In this document: positions 1-8,867 of the stretch, one piece after another
Layout: each line of letters starts with the position of its first letter
How positions within the stretch are numbered: position 1 is the first letter of the stretch
Assembly (NCBI GenBank): GCA_001773775.1
Contig: MEXR01000032.1
Coordinates: 7,266 to 71,265, forward strand
Direction: 5' to 3'
DNA: 64,000 nt
Source: Candidatus Amesbacteria bacterium RIFOXYB1_FULL_44_23
GTDB taxonomy: Bacteria > Patescibacteriota > Microgenomatia > CAZETR01 > Amesbacteraceae
Notes under the pieces: model-generated
The model's input: only the letters and a program-made list of their open reading frames with translations
Databases searched by the model: none
Told to the model about the DNA's origin: nothing
Made by a program: the position numbers and the translations under genes

Positions 1-1800
1 GGCTTCGGGGTAGGTTTCGGATATTTTAAGGCTTCCGAAAAAAGCTGCGGCGCAAACCCCGGCAATTCTGGTGAGATACACGGCAGTTGTTTCAAGGTCA
101 CTAAGAAGCCGACCTTTATGTCTTCTCAGGCCAAAAGCTTCATAGGTAGTGGGTGTTTCGTGGGGCCAGAGTTTTTTGAGTTTCTGAACAATTTGTTCCA
201 GTGAGGCCGGTTGGGGACCGACTTTTAGATCGGCTTTTTCTAAAGCGGCGTCGATTATTTTAGGCACCAGAACCGAGTTGTCGTAGCAATCAATTTCTTG
301 GGATTTGGGTGTGGTTAGGGAGTAGAATTTGGCGAGCCGGTCGGAGGATGAGAAGGGCGGGTTGTCCGAGAAGGCGAAATCGGTGTTGCGATCGCTGACT
401 GAAAAGGCCGAAGTCAGAATATCCTGAGCGGCAAATTTCAGAAGATGCTGGAACGAGTTTGGGTTTTGACGAACAGCATCGAATAGGAGATCTCTGAATT
501 CATAGAAACGAAGATGGTTAATCCATCTTAAACTGGGCAGCTGAGCCAGTTGTAACAGATTAGTATCTGAAAGACGATTAAGGTATGCGTGGTTAGTCGT
601 CCGGGCTTTGGCAGGTAAATTCGGATCGGCAGAAAACAAGTCGATTAGCTTTTCAATGGTTGACCTGACGGTTTGGGGCGATGCCGGAAGATGGGGCGGA
701 AGATTTTCTGCAAATTGGTCAAAAACAGAACCCCACTTCTGGGTGAAATTACGAGCGGCTGATTCCTTTTGCCGGGACAGGTTTTCTCTGGCAGATCTGA
801 CAGCAATCGGATCGGGTGGCTCGAGCAGGCCGTGTTTGCCCAGAACTGCAATTCTGGGAGAACGGAGGCTTTTTTCCAGAGCGGAGACACTGCCTGCCAG
901 TCGATTGCAGGTTTCGATATGGTCACAGGAGGGCAGATTGAGAATCAGCGGTTGGTAAGAAAAGGGTTCCGGGGGTGAGAAAAGATCCGGGCGGGTGGAA
1001 AGTATTCTATACGGGGCGATGTCTTTATACGTTTCCTGAGGAAAATGTAAGTTTATGGTTGTGATAGTTGAGAGTTTTTTTACTAGGCGTGCAAGGTCAG
1101 GGTGGTCGACGAGCTGGTTATTGTTAATAATTTCCAGCAGTCCTATGGCAGTTGATTCAGGTTTAGGCCTAAAAAAATCAGAATTTAAGGTTTCATAAAT
1201 CATGCTGGGATACACTCTGTCAATTTCGGACAGGAAAAATATGCCCTTTTTGGCTATACCGGGAAAGCGGTCATATCCGGCAAGGGTGCGGTATTTTTGT
1301 TGGGGGTGGCCAGGATCCCAGCCTGTTTCGAGTGGTCTTTGGTAGATGGAATTTGCGTCGTTGGGATTTAGGAATTCCGGAGACGAGTGAGTTAAGAGGT
1401 TGTTAGAGACAAAGTTTTGAGCGATTTTGTCACCTTGAGCCAGGCGTCCATCCCCGGTGGTTGAATAGGATCTTTCCGCACCAGAAAACAACAACAAAGC
1501 GATGTCTGTAGCCGGGTTGGTGGATGGAGGATTTGGGAGGTCGTGGTTTAAACAAAGGATGCTAACGGCCCGCATCTGTTTGAAGAGAATTTCAGCAAGC
1601 AGACCTTCTTCTATAGTAAGATTTTGGGATTGTTGTACAGATACGTATTGAAGATTCTTTCTGATAAATTGTTCAATGCGGCGGGTTTGATTTGTGTTCA
1701 TCCATTTTTCCAGTTTTTCCAAAGTGTCGGTGTTTAAAAATTCAGGAGTCAGGGGTTTGGGGGCTATTTCTTTACCGGTTGAGGCAGACTCTGTATCCAT
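1..1800 (-). CDS. Large hypothetical protein, N-terminal 600 aa (C-terminus beyond window start). Possible alkaline-phosphatase-superfamily/PglZ-like metal-site motifs (GWDPGHP, GYDRFPG), unconfirmed.
   Basis: I translated the minus strand by hand. The frame is open from the ATG at 1800..1798 through position 1 (600 codons, no stops), with an in-frame stop immediately upstream. It is absent from the ORF track because it has no stop inside the window, and only short nested ORFs exist in other frames. Confidence 0.6.
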   Translation of the reverse strand, partial: MDTESASTGKEIAPKPLTPEFLNTDTLEKLEKWMNTNQTRRIEQFIRKNLQYVSVQQSQNLTIEEGLLAEILFKQMRAVSILCLNHDLPNPPSTNPATDIALLLFSGAERSYSTTGDGRLAQGDKIAQNFVSNNLLTHSSPEFLNPNDANSIYQRPLETGWDPGHPQQKYRTLAGYDRFPGIAKKGIFFLSEIDRVYPSMIYETLNSDFFRPKPESTAIGLLEIINNNQLVDHPDLARLVKKLSTITTINLHFPQETYKDIAPYRILSTRPDLFSPPEPFSYQPLILNLPSCDHIETCNRLAGSVSALEKSLRSPRIAVLGKHGLLEPPDPIAVRSARENLSRQKESAARNFTQKWGSVFDQFAENLPPHLPASPQTVRSTIEKLIDLFSADPNLPAKARTTNHAYLNRLSDTNLLQLAQLPSLRWINHLRFYEFRDLLFDAVRQNPNSFQHLLKFAAQDILTSAFSVSDRNTDFAFSDNPPFSSSDRLAKFYSLTTPKSQEIDCYDNSVLVPKIIDAALEKADLKVGPQPASLEQIVQKLKKLWPHETPTTYEAFGLRRHKGRLLSDLETTAVYLTRIAGVCAAAFFGSLKISETYPEA

Positions 1801-1836
1801 ACCGGGATTATTTTAGCTGATGTATGATGTGAAGAC

Positions 1837-2136
1837 ATGAGGCAGAACTCGATCGGTACCTGGATTCTGAAGTTTGTTTTTTGGACTCTGCATTTAGGAT
1901 TTGTAATTTGGGTATGGAAGGTGCCACAGATTTCCGGAGGGGTGTATATGGCAAACGGAAAATTGTATGACCCCAATTTGGCAAGCTGGGGATTTAAGTC
2001 GGGTGCGGCTTTTTTGGGGATGTTTGGAGCTTTTCAGGTGGCGAAATTCAGATGGATGTGGGGACTGGGCGTTTTGGGGGTAAACATTCTTTTGATGGTC
2101 TGTTATTGGATGTTTATGCTGTCCTGGGGAGAATGA
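1837..2136 (+). CDS. Small hydrophobic membrane protein, hypothetical
   Basis: 99-aa ORF with at least 3 predicted TM segments (WILKFVFWTLHLGFVIWVW, AAFLGMFGAF, LGVLGVNILLMVCYWMFML). The overlapping minus ORF 1894..2424 is low-complexity and looks spurious. Confidence 0.4.
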   Translation: MRQNSIGTWILKFVFWTLHLGFVIWVWKVPQISGGVYMANGKLYDPNLASWGFKSGAAFLGMFGAFQVAKFRWMWGLGVLGVNILLMVCYWMFMLSWGE

Positions 2137-2173
2137 CTGTGGTAAGGCTGGCGACTTTGGAAGGGCGGATATT

Positions 2174-2776
2174 GTGGGGTATGAATGTGGATTAGTAAAG
2201 ATGTTAGGATATAATATTGCGATGGCAAATTCCGAAAAAAGAGACAGAATAAGCAGAATCGAGGCGCTACAAGAGTTGTGGCAACATTCCCGGAGAGTAG
2301 GAAAGCTGGCGGTGACTTTGGGGGGCAAATTTAGTTTGAAAAAGGGCGAATTGGAAGTTTTGGAGAGAGCGGCAAAGTTGCACGATGTGGGAAAGTTATT
2401 GATGATTAGACTGGTGTCCGGCAATGGCAGTTTAACCGCAAAAGAGAGAGAAAAACTTAGATATCATCCGGCCCTGGGAGTGTTACTGGTAGGACTATGG
2501 TTAGGTTCGACCGGAAGAGAGGTTGTAATGCAGCACCATGAACAACCAAACGGTTTAGGTTACCCGCGCGGTTTACGAGAAGATCAAATACACCCACTTG
2601 CAGGAATACTTGCAGTGGCAGACCATTATGATGCATTGGCTAGCGACCGGTGTTATCGAAAGCGATTTAAGTTATCCAAGGTGATACAAATGTTAGAGGA
2701 CGAAGCGGCACTGGGAATTTTAAACCCAGGGGTGGTGGAAAAAGCGGTTAAGCTGTGGGGAAACGGAGTTAGATAA
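2174..2776 (+). CDS. HD-GYP domain protein (c-di-GMP phosphodiesterase family)
   Basis: Carries the HD motif (LHDVGK) and the HD-GYP signature HHEqpNGLGYP. The start is ambiguous among 2174, 2201 and 2222. Confidence 0.7.
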   Translation: MGYECGLVKMLGYNIAMANSEKRDRISRIEALQELWQHSRRVGKLAVTLGGKFSLKKGELEVLERAAKLHDVGKLLMIRLVSGNGSLTAKEREKLRYHPALGVLLVGLWLGSTGREVVMQHHEQPNGLGYPRGLREDQIHPLAGILAVADHYDALASDRCYRKRFKLSKVIQMLEDEAALGILNPGVVEKAVKLWGNGVR

Positions 2777-3194
2777 CCTTAACGCCCATTGATCTAGCGG
2801 TTCCGGATACGGATTTGATGGCGGCTTCCAGGGTGTCACAGTTCATATCTCCCAATTTCTTTTGGGCAATTTCTTTGATTTGTTCCTGGGTGATATTGCC
2901 GGCAGTTTCCCGACCCGGTTTTTTGGCGGCCAATTCAAGCCCTAAAGCCTTTTTGATCAAAGCGGAAACCGGTGGAAGTTTGGTGACAAAAGTGAAGCTG
3001 CGATCTTCATAGACGGTGATAACAGCCGGAATAATGTCACCTTTCTGATCCTTGGTTTTGTCATTGTATTGTTTGACAAAATCCATGATGGCAATACCGT
3101 GCTGACCTAAAGCCGGACCTACCGGAGGAGCAGGGGTAGCGGAACCTGCCGGAAGGTTTAACTTTAAAACGACTTTAACTTTTTTGGGTGCCAT
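2769..3194 (-). CDS. rplK: 50S ribosomal protein L11
   Basis: MAPKKVKVVLKLNLPAGSATPAPPVGPALGQHGIAIMDFVKQYN is the canonical L11 N-terminus. I trimmed the start to the MAPKK methionine inside the longer ORF 2769..3233. Confidence 0.9.
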   Translation of the reverse strand: MAPKKVKVVLKLNLPAGSATPAPPVGPALGQHGIAIMDFVKQYNDKTKDQKGDIIPAVITVYEDRSFTFVTKLPPVSALIKKALGLELAAKKPGRETAGNITQEQIKEIAQKKLGDMNCDTLEAAIKSVSGTARSMGVKVI

Positions 3195-3430
3195 AGTGTT
3201 TAAGGAAGGGTAATTGACGACATATAAGAGCAAGTTCCATTTTTGGTTACTTCAGTTTTCAGGGTTTGGGGCGAGAGAGGGTGTCCAGGTTGTTTGGAGG
3301 CACAAAAAAAATTATTTAGGACTTTTAGAGGGAGAGCTTCTAAATCATATTGATGTCCATTAAACATACATCCTTCACATTGAGCGGAGACGAATTTGGA
3401 TAGTTCGAGTAGGGTTGGCATGGGCTTAGA

Positions 3431-3649
3431 TTATATACTAAATCTATTCGTCTGATTACGATGGTCTTCTGTCGACGTCTGTGGGATCTGTCTTTTAAAA
3501 GCACATCGGTTACAATTTTGACTTAGGTGTTTCTTAAGTTGCTCTGGCGTTTGAGGCCTGTTTGATCTAGGAGAACCGCAGAACTCCGGGCGACCGGTGG
3601 TTTCTGGAGTGTAACTACAATCTGAGCAAACGGTTTCTGTGTAGGCCAT
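3431..3649 (-). CDS. Small zinc-ribbon-like protein (CxxC...CxxC), hypothetical
   Basis: 72-aa ORF between nusG and rplK with CSDC ... CNRC pairs. It loosely resembles an L33-like fold, but the true rpmG is elsewhere at 28882..29055. Confidence 0.3.
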   Translation of the reverse strand: MAYTETVCSDCSYTPETTGRPEFCGSPRSNRPQTPEQLKKHLSQNCNRCAFKRQIPQTSTEDHRNQTNRFSI

Positions 3650-3655
3650 AGTATT

Positions 3656-4342
3656 CTAGATCTTTTTAACTTGCAGGAAATCTAACTCTACCGGGGTTTC
3701 GCGGCCAAAGATGGAGACCAGGACGCGAAGCTTACCTGAGGCTTCATCAATGCTTTCGATTGAACCCAGGAAGTCGGCAAAGGGACCATCGGTAATTTTG
3801 ACGGCTTCACCAACACTGAAGTTGGCTTTGTACTTGGGAGCTCCGATGGAAGCAAATTGCATGATGGCTTCAACTTCGGTGGTGGAGAGGGGGGTGGGTT
3901 TGCTACCAACGCCGACAAATCCGGTAACACCGGCGGTGGTTCTGACTACCAGCCAGGAATCATCGTCCAACAGCATTTTGACCAGCAGATATCCGGGAAA
4001 GATTTTTTCCTTGACCGAAGATTTTTTGCCGTGCCTGATTTGGATCTTGTCCTGAGTGGGGATGAGAACTTCAAAAACTTTGTCGGTGTGACCCAGGGTA
4101 GAGACTCTTTGGCGCAGGGTTTCGGCAACCCGGGCCTCGTGGCCGGAGTAGGTATGGACGACATACCAATGAGCTTTCTTGCCTTCAGGAAGATTTTTTT
4201 CCTCACTGATGATGATATGTCCCGGGATGACTTTTGAACCTAAACCTCTTTCAGTGACACTGCTGGCCGGAGCCGGAGTGTTGGTGACAGGCGGGGTTTG
4301 AGCTGAAGTATCGGATTGAGGATCAAAAATTGAATCTGGCAT
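3656..4342 (-). CDS. nusG: Transcription termination/antitermination factor NusG (with ~55-aa N-terminal extension)
   Basis: NGN motif HWYVVHTYSGHE and KOW domain (GEAVKITDGPFADFLGSIESID); located in the conserved position secE-nusG-rplK. Confidence 0.85.
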   Translation of the reverse strand: MPDSIFDPQSDTSAQTPPVTNTPAPASSVTERGLGSKVIPGHIIISEEKNLPEGKKAHWYVVHTYSGHEARVAETLRQRVSTLGHTDKVFEVLIPTQDKIQIRHGKKSSVKEKIFPGYLLVKMLLDDDSWLVVRTTAGVTGFVGVGSKPTPLSTTEVEAIMQFASIGAPKYKANFSVGEAVKITDGPFADFLGSIESIDEASGKLRVLVSIFGRETPVELDFLQVKKI

Positions 4343-4343
4343 A

Positions 4344-4583
4344 TTATTGGGTGGTAACTAGTTTTAACAAGTTGGTAAAAACAAAATCTAAACCTCCGAC
4401 ATAGGCTCCTACAAAAAGAGAAATGCCGAGAACTATGATGGTCAGATTAATGGTTTGCTGGCGGGTGGGCCAGGTGACCAATTTTAGTTCAGAGACGGTA
4501 TCTTTAAAATAAGAGACAAGATTCATTGGATGATTGTACCAACAAAAAAGAGTCTTAGCGACTCGTGTCAAGGATTGTAGCAC
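4344..4583 (-). CDS. secE: Preprotein translocase subunit SecE
   Basis: Single C-terminal TM helix preceded by ...ELKLVTWPTRQQ, the SecE signature, sitting immediately upstream of nusG. The real start may be the internal Met (MNLVSYF..., about 4526). Confidence 0.75.
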   Translation of the reverse strand: MLQSLTRVAKTLFCWYNHPMNLVSYFKDTVSELKLVTWPTRQQTINLTIIVLGISLFVGAYVGGLDFVFTNLLKLVTTQ

Positions 4584-4605
4584 TTAAAACGGGGGGATTC
4601 AATAT

Positions 4606-5073
4606 TCAAACTGCTAGGGCTGGGGAGGGGGTAGTTTGTTCGGGGTGATCGGGTTGGGGCGGATCGGCAACTGCTTTTTGTGTGACCGGAAGTTCTTTTT
4701 TGATGCGGTTGGCCACTTCTTCAATGCTGAACGGAACAGCTCCCGTTTCGGAAGCTCGGTCTGGGCAATCGATAAATTTCCAGACTCCGGCTGCGGCACA
4801 GTACAGGGTGTCTTTTGAACCTTTTGATCTAAGATACGGACAAACTCTGATACAGGGACGTTCGTCAATTAAAACATCGGGATCGGCCTCAATAACCGGA
4901 ATTTGCGGAAATATAGGACAACTGGCTATTCTGAACAGACCGATCGCCCTCATAGCATCTGCGTTGCTGGTTTGAAGAGTTTTAAGGTAGGCTTCGGTAA
5001 TTTGGGCGGGTGGGAATTGGGCAATCATCTTTAATTCAAGATGCAAGTTGCGAAGTTGCTCTTCTGAGGCCAT
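4606..5073 (-). CDS. Hypothetical protein, Cys-containing
   Basis: 155-aa ORF co-directional with and immediately downstream of the 5107..6168 gene; no recognisable motif. Confidence 0.4.
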   Translation of the reverse strand: MASEEQLRNLHLELKMIAQFPPAQITEAYLKTLQTSNADAMRAIGLFRIASCPIFPQIPVIEADPDVLIDERPCIRVCPYLRSKGSKDTLYCAAAGVWKFIDCPDRASETGAVPFSIEEVANRIKKELPVTQKAVADPPQPDHPEQTTPSPALAV

Positions 5074-5106
5074 TTGATCGGATGATATTGCCTGATGATC
5101 ACAATG

Positions 5107-6168
5107 TCAATTGGGTTGCATTTGCAGCTGAGACCACCAGTTGGAGAGCCAAGCGAAGGCGGTGATTTCGGTAAGGGAAGACTGGGTGAATGTTTCCGTA
5201 AAGGTGACGGCGGGTGGAGCGCTGATGGTTTTTTCGACGTGGGGGCCGAAAGATTTACCACAGTGGGGACACGGGTCGTGGCCAAAAGTGAGAACGGTAC
5301 CAATTTCCCGGCAACAAAGCGGACATCCTATGCAAAATACTTCCTGACCGATATGGAAATCGTAGGAGGCGGAAGTGGAAACGTAGACTGAGTTTGATTC
5401 CCCGCATCCGGAACCGGAAAAATCCATTGATTGACCTGAGATACTTACCATCTGGGTTTCGGCCTGAGCCCCAACCCGGTGCGGGGAGACGTCTTTAGCT
5501 AAATCAGCCTGAATGGCGATGGCAACCGGAATCATGTCTTGAGTGAGCTTTTGGCAACGGTTTTTAATTTCTCCGGAGTTGATTTGGCCCCAGACTTCGT
5601 CTGGTAAGTCGATCCAACGTTGAGCCAGTTTGCAAAGGTCTGTTGGGGAAGATGACGTAACGGAAAGAGGGGTCATGGCGGCGTCCTGGTTATGCAGGGG
5701 GGGGAGGTTTTTGGTGTCTGAAATGAGGGCAAATTGGTTAAGTCTGGCTTCGGTTTTTTGGGGGGATTCGTGGCGAAGCGGAATTCCGTAGGCGTCAAAA
5801 GTAACGGCGCCGTTTTGGTTTTTGACAAAATACAAATCGAGCCGGCCTTCAGGAAAATTGCTGGCCGGGCTGACCAGAATTACCAGTCGGTGTCGGTTGT
5901 CAGGGGTGCTTTGAATATGTCTTTCCAGATCCAGGGCAGCCAGAGAAGCATCAAAATCCGGTTTTTTAGTACTCAGGTTTTGGGGCAGACGGTTAAACCA
6001 CCAGATGCGATTCGGATCAATGTCTTTGTTAGTAGAAGCGGCTTCTACATTGAGCGAGGCGACGTCTGAGCTAACTTCTTCAAGAGGGGACGATCGGTAT
6101 AGGGAAACGTCGAGAGCGACGCGGGATTCGTTTGACATAGATTTTCCTGCTCGGGAACAGTGAACCAT
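5107..6168 (-). CDS. Hypothetical protein with C-terminal zinc-ribbon-like Cys cluster (CIGCPLCC...CPHCGK)
   Basis: 353-aa ORF with no recognisable catalytic motif; C-terminal cysteine cluster. Confidence 0.45.
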   Translation of the reverse strand: MVHCSRAGKSMSNESRVALDVSLYRSSPLEEVSSDVASLNVEAASTNKDIDPNRIWWFNRLPQNLSTKKPDFDASLAALDLERHIQSTPDNRHRLVILVSPASNFPEGRLDLYFVKNQNGAVTFDAYGIPLRHESPQKTEARLNQFALISDTKNLPPLHNQDAAMTPLSVTSSSPTDLCKLAQRWIDLPDEVWGQINSGEIKNRCQKLTQDMIPVAIAIQADLAKDVSPHRVGAQAETQMVSISGQSMDFSGSGCGESNSVYVSTSASYDFHIGQEVFCIGCPLCCREIGTVLTFGHDPCPHCGKSFGPHVEKTISAPPAVTFTETFTQSSLTEITAFAWLSNWWSQLQMQPN

Positions 6169-6515
6169 TAGTTTTCTGACTTTACAGTTGCGGCACAGTG
6201 GAGGAATTTCACCTCACTTCCTGAAACATGGTTTGGGGACTATATTTGCGGATTCGGGGTAGAATGTCAAGAAGAAAATGAACGCAGAAAACAGCCGTTA
6301 TTTGCTATGTTGTTGCGGAAGTAAGCTGAAATGTCCGACTTCGGTTCTGATAACCAGCATCTGGAAAGATGACGGACTGTGTACAGCTAACTGTCAAAGA
6401 AAAATCGACCAGGGATGGGTAGGCGAAGTTGAGCCGGTGGAAATACTACCAAACAGTGAAGGGAAGGAAGTGGCGGTGTGTGTTTTTGGAAGAATGTATG
6501 TTTTGGAGTGGAAAA

Positions 6516-7547
6516 CTATTGGGTTTTGCGGTCTGCTGCCAGAAGAGGTTTTAGAACCCGGGCAAGTTTTGCCGGATCGTGACGGATGCGATACAGTGTC
6601 GGAGTGATGCTGAAGACGTCTGCTTTAACAGGGGTAATATCGGATTTGATAAGTTCCTGAAGCTGAGAGTCGGTCCAGCCCAGAAAGTGTGAATGTTCGG
6701 CGGCGTAAGTGTCGGCTACTTTGGGATACTTGGTATCAAATTGATTTTCGGTAAGATGGGGACAGATAAAATAATCAAACGGATGTTTGAGCTTAGTGTA
6801 TTTTTGGAAAAGTCGAAGAAAATCGGCAGGTGAGAAACGATGAGTCTGGTTGCGGTTGGAAACCAAATTACTAACAAAAATGGTGGTGGCCTTTGAGGAC
6901 TTTAAGGCCGAAGTGATGCCGGTGGGAAGAAGATTACTGATAACCGATCCGTAGATACTGCCGGGGCTGTAAATGATGTGAGTAGCCTCCTGGATGGCGG
7001 TGACGGCTTGTTTGGTTGCTTTAACCGGGCGATCCAGCCAAATGTGAGTGATGACATTGGTGGAGAGGGACTGTTTGTCCAATTCATGTTCGCCGCAGAA
7101 AGTGTTGCCCAGCGAAGTGCTAAAACACAAATTGGCTGGTTCTGAGGTAATGGGAATGGCAGTACCCTGGAAGTGGATACCCAACAGTTGTTCTAAGTGG
7201 GATTGAACTTTTATAAAATCACCGTGGTATTTTTCCAGGAGAGCGTAGTAGATGGTGTAGCCGAGGTTACGGTTGCGGCCGTCGGTAAAGCTGACCAGGT
7301 CAATAAAAGATGAGACCTGTTCCAGATGATTTTGCTTGTCAGAAACCAAAGCCAGCAGGTTTCTAAGTAAGTCGGAAATGGCAATTACCCGGTCTCGTTC
7401 ATCGCTTCTGATAACACCGGTTTTACCGCCGCTGTCAGTGGAGGCTGAGACGGCTGAAATGTCAGTAAATCCAGCCATGGCCAGGGATTTGAGGATGGTA
7501 GGGGATCCGGTGCCGCCGCCTATAGTGACAATTTTAGTAGTTTTCAT
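6516..7547 (-). CDS. YvcK/CofD-family (UPF0052) protein
   Basis: N-terminal IVTIGGGTGSPTILKSL matches the GGGTG motif of the gluconeogenesis factor / 2-phospho-L-lactate transferase family. Confidence 0.5.
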   Translation of the reverse strand: MKTTKIVTIGGGTGSPTILKSLAMAGFTDISAVSASTDSGGKTGVIRSDERDRVIAISDLLRNLLALVSDKQNHLEQVSSFIDLVSFTDGRNRNLGYTIYYALLEKYHGDFIKVQSHLEQLLGIHFQGTAIPITSEPANLCFSTSLGNTFCGEHELDKQSLSTNVITHIWLDRPVKATKQAVTAIQEATHIIYSPGSIYGSVISNLLPTGITSALKSSKATTIFVSNLVSNRNQTHRFSPADFLRLFQKYTKLKHPFDYFICPHLTENQFDTKYPKVADTYAAEHSHFLGWTDSQLQELIKSDITPVKADVFSITPTLYRIRHDPAKLARVLKPLLAADRKTQ

Positions 7548-7553
7548 TCAAAA

Positions 7554-7784
7554 TCAGGGTTTGTTGCCTAAGACAAATCTAAGCGTTTCTTTCTTTTCTG
7601 CTTGGAATTCTGGCTTCTTCATAATTCTGAGCGCATTTTGGCGATGCCTTTCGGCGCTTTTTTCGTCACCTCTCAACTCCGCTTCCAGAGCCATACCAAG
7701 CTCTAACTGAGCTTTTTCTTCTGCCGTGGAGGGAGGCGCTAAGAATTCGCTTCTCATAATGGTGATGATACTACTTGGAATCAA
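7554..7784 (-). CDS. Small hypothetical protein
   Basis: 76-aa ORF, charged and helical; no motif. Confidence 0.25.
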   Translation of the reverse strand: MIPSSIITIMRSEFLAPPSTAEEKAQLELGMALEAELRGDEKSAERHRQNALRIMKKPEFQAEKKETLRFVLGNKP

Positions 7785-7992
7785 CTTTGGGGGTGGTTGA
7801 GTGGGAGTCGGTGGTAGTAGTACCCAGGACTTTTAAGTTTTGACGACGATTGTTTAGAGTTAGGGCGGTGTATGAGATGACGATAGTTAAGGCCAGAAGT
7901 GAAACCATGGCCAGGCTAAAAGAGGCGCGGTGAATCAGCCGCCAGTCAGATGAGCGCATATAGAATTTAGGCTGAGGGAAATCTTCGTACAT
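7771..7992 (-). CDS. Small membrane protein, hypothetical
   Basis: 73-aa ORF with one TM segment (ASFSLAMVSLLALTIVISYTAL). Confidence 0.3.
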   Translation of the reverse strand: MYEDFPQPKFYMRSSDWRLIHRASFSLAMVSLLALTIVISYTALTLNNRRQNLKVLGTTTTDSHSTTPKVDSK

Positions 7993-8021
7993 GCGGTGAT
8001 ATTATATACCCAGGGTGAAAT

Positions 8022-8867
8022 ATGTTAGGAAAAAGAATAAAACTGGCGGTTGAACATGAGTGGGACTTTTTAGGATCAAAACAAAGCTATCGAAAGCTGG
8101 GGCAAGGTCTGCCGGTAGTTTTGTTGCACGGATCGATGGTGGCTGACCCCTGGGACGGATTTGAAAAACGGCTGGCGGAGCATTTTGAAGTGTATGTGCC
8201 GGATTTGCCAGGTTTCGGGGCTTCGGATGCGATTGAAGGCCGGGTGCATGACACACAATTTTTTTCTGAGGCTTTAGCTGAGTTTTTGAAACACAGTAAA
8301 TTGGAGCAGGCGCCAATAATCGCTTTTTCTCTGGGGGCGGTGGTAGCAGTGAAGACGGCATCGGGCGGAGGGACTTTGGGAAAGCTAATACTGGTGGGGC
8401 TACCCATCAGACTTGAAAGTAAACTATTGGATCAAATTTGCCGGATGCCGCTTATTGCCAGACGGGTACTGGCAACTGATGAACTAACCCGAGGAGGCGT
8501 ACTTCTGGCAATACTAAAAGACGTAATCGGGATTACGGAAGCTAAATTTTTGCCGAAATATTTAAATTTGCTGCGCACAACCGACGTGCGGGCGATGGTG
8601 GACACGGATCTGATTTCAGAAGTGGAGAAAGAGTTGCCGTGGTATTTAAACCGGATAACTAATCCGGTTTGGTTTGTCTACGGAGAACATGACAAGCTGA
8701 AAAACGGAGCCGAGAAGTGGCTACAACGGCGGATAATGGTGGTTAAGGGAGCCGGGCATGATGTATTTATCGGGCGGCCCGAGGCCACTCTGACACTAAT
8801 TAGAAGGATTTTGGAAAAACAACAAAGTCTTTGGGACAAAATCAGGAGGTGGTGGAATGGGGCGTAA
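8022..8867 (+). CDS. Alpha/beta-fold hydrolase
   Basis: VVLLHGSMV (oxyanion HG), nucleophile elbow AFSLGAVVA (GxSxG-like), and His in GAGHDVF near the C-terminus. Confidence 0.6.
   Translation: MLGKRIKLAVEHEWDFLGSKQSYRKLGQGLPVVLLHGSMVADPWDGFEKRLAEHFEVYVPDLPGFGASDAIEGRVHDTQFFSEALAEFLKHSKLEQAPIIAFSLGAVVAVKTASGGGTLGKLILVGLPIRLESKLLDQICRMPLIARRVLATDELTRGGVLLAILKDVIGITEAKFLPKYLNLLRTTDVRAMVDTDLISEVEKELPWYLNRITNPVWFVYGEHDKLKNGAEKWLQRRIMVVKGAGHDVFIGRPEATLTLIRRILEKQQSLWDKIRRWWNGA

Noticed and set aside
608-978. Three short ORFs (608..958+, 645..926-, 769..978+) from the six-frame track
   Set aside because: All lie inside the long minus-strand ORF 1..1800, which I verified by hand translation. They are wrong-frame artefacts.
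1894-2424. 176-aa minus-strand ORF
   Set aside because: Low-complexity translation (PTSCNFAALSKTSNSPFF...). It overlaps the plausible small membrane ORF and the start of the HD-GYP gene on the other strand.
6278-6607. 109-aa plus-strand ORF in the gap upstream of the YvcK-like gene
   Set aside because: It overlaps the 3' end of the minus-strand YvcK-like gene, has an odd composition (CCCGSKLKC) and no RBS, so it is unlikely to be real.
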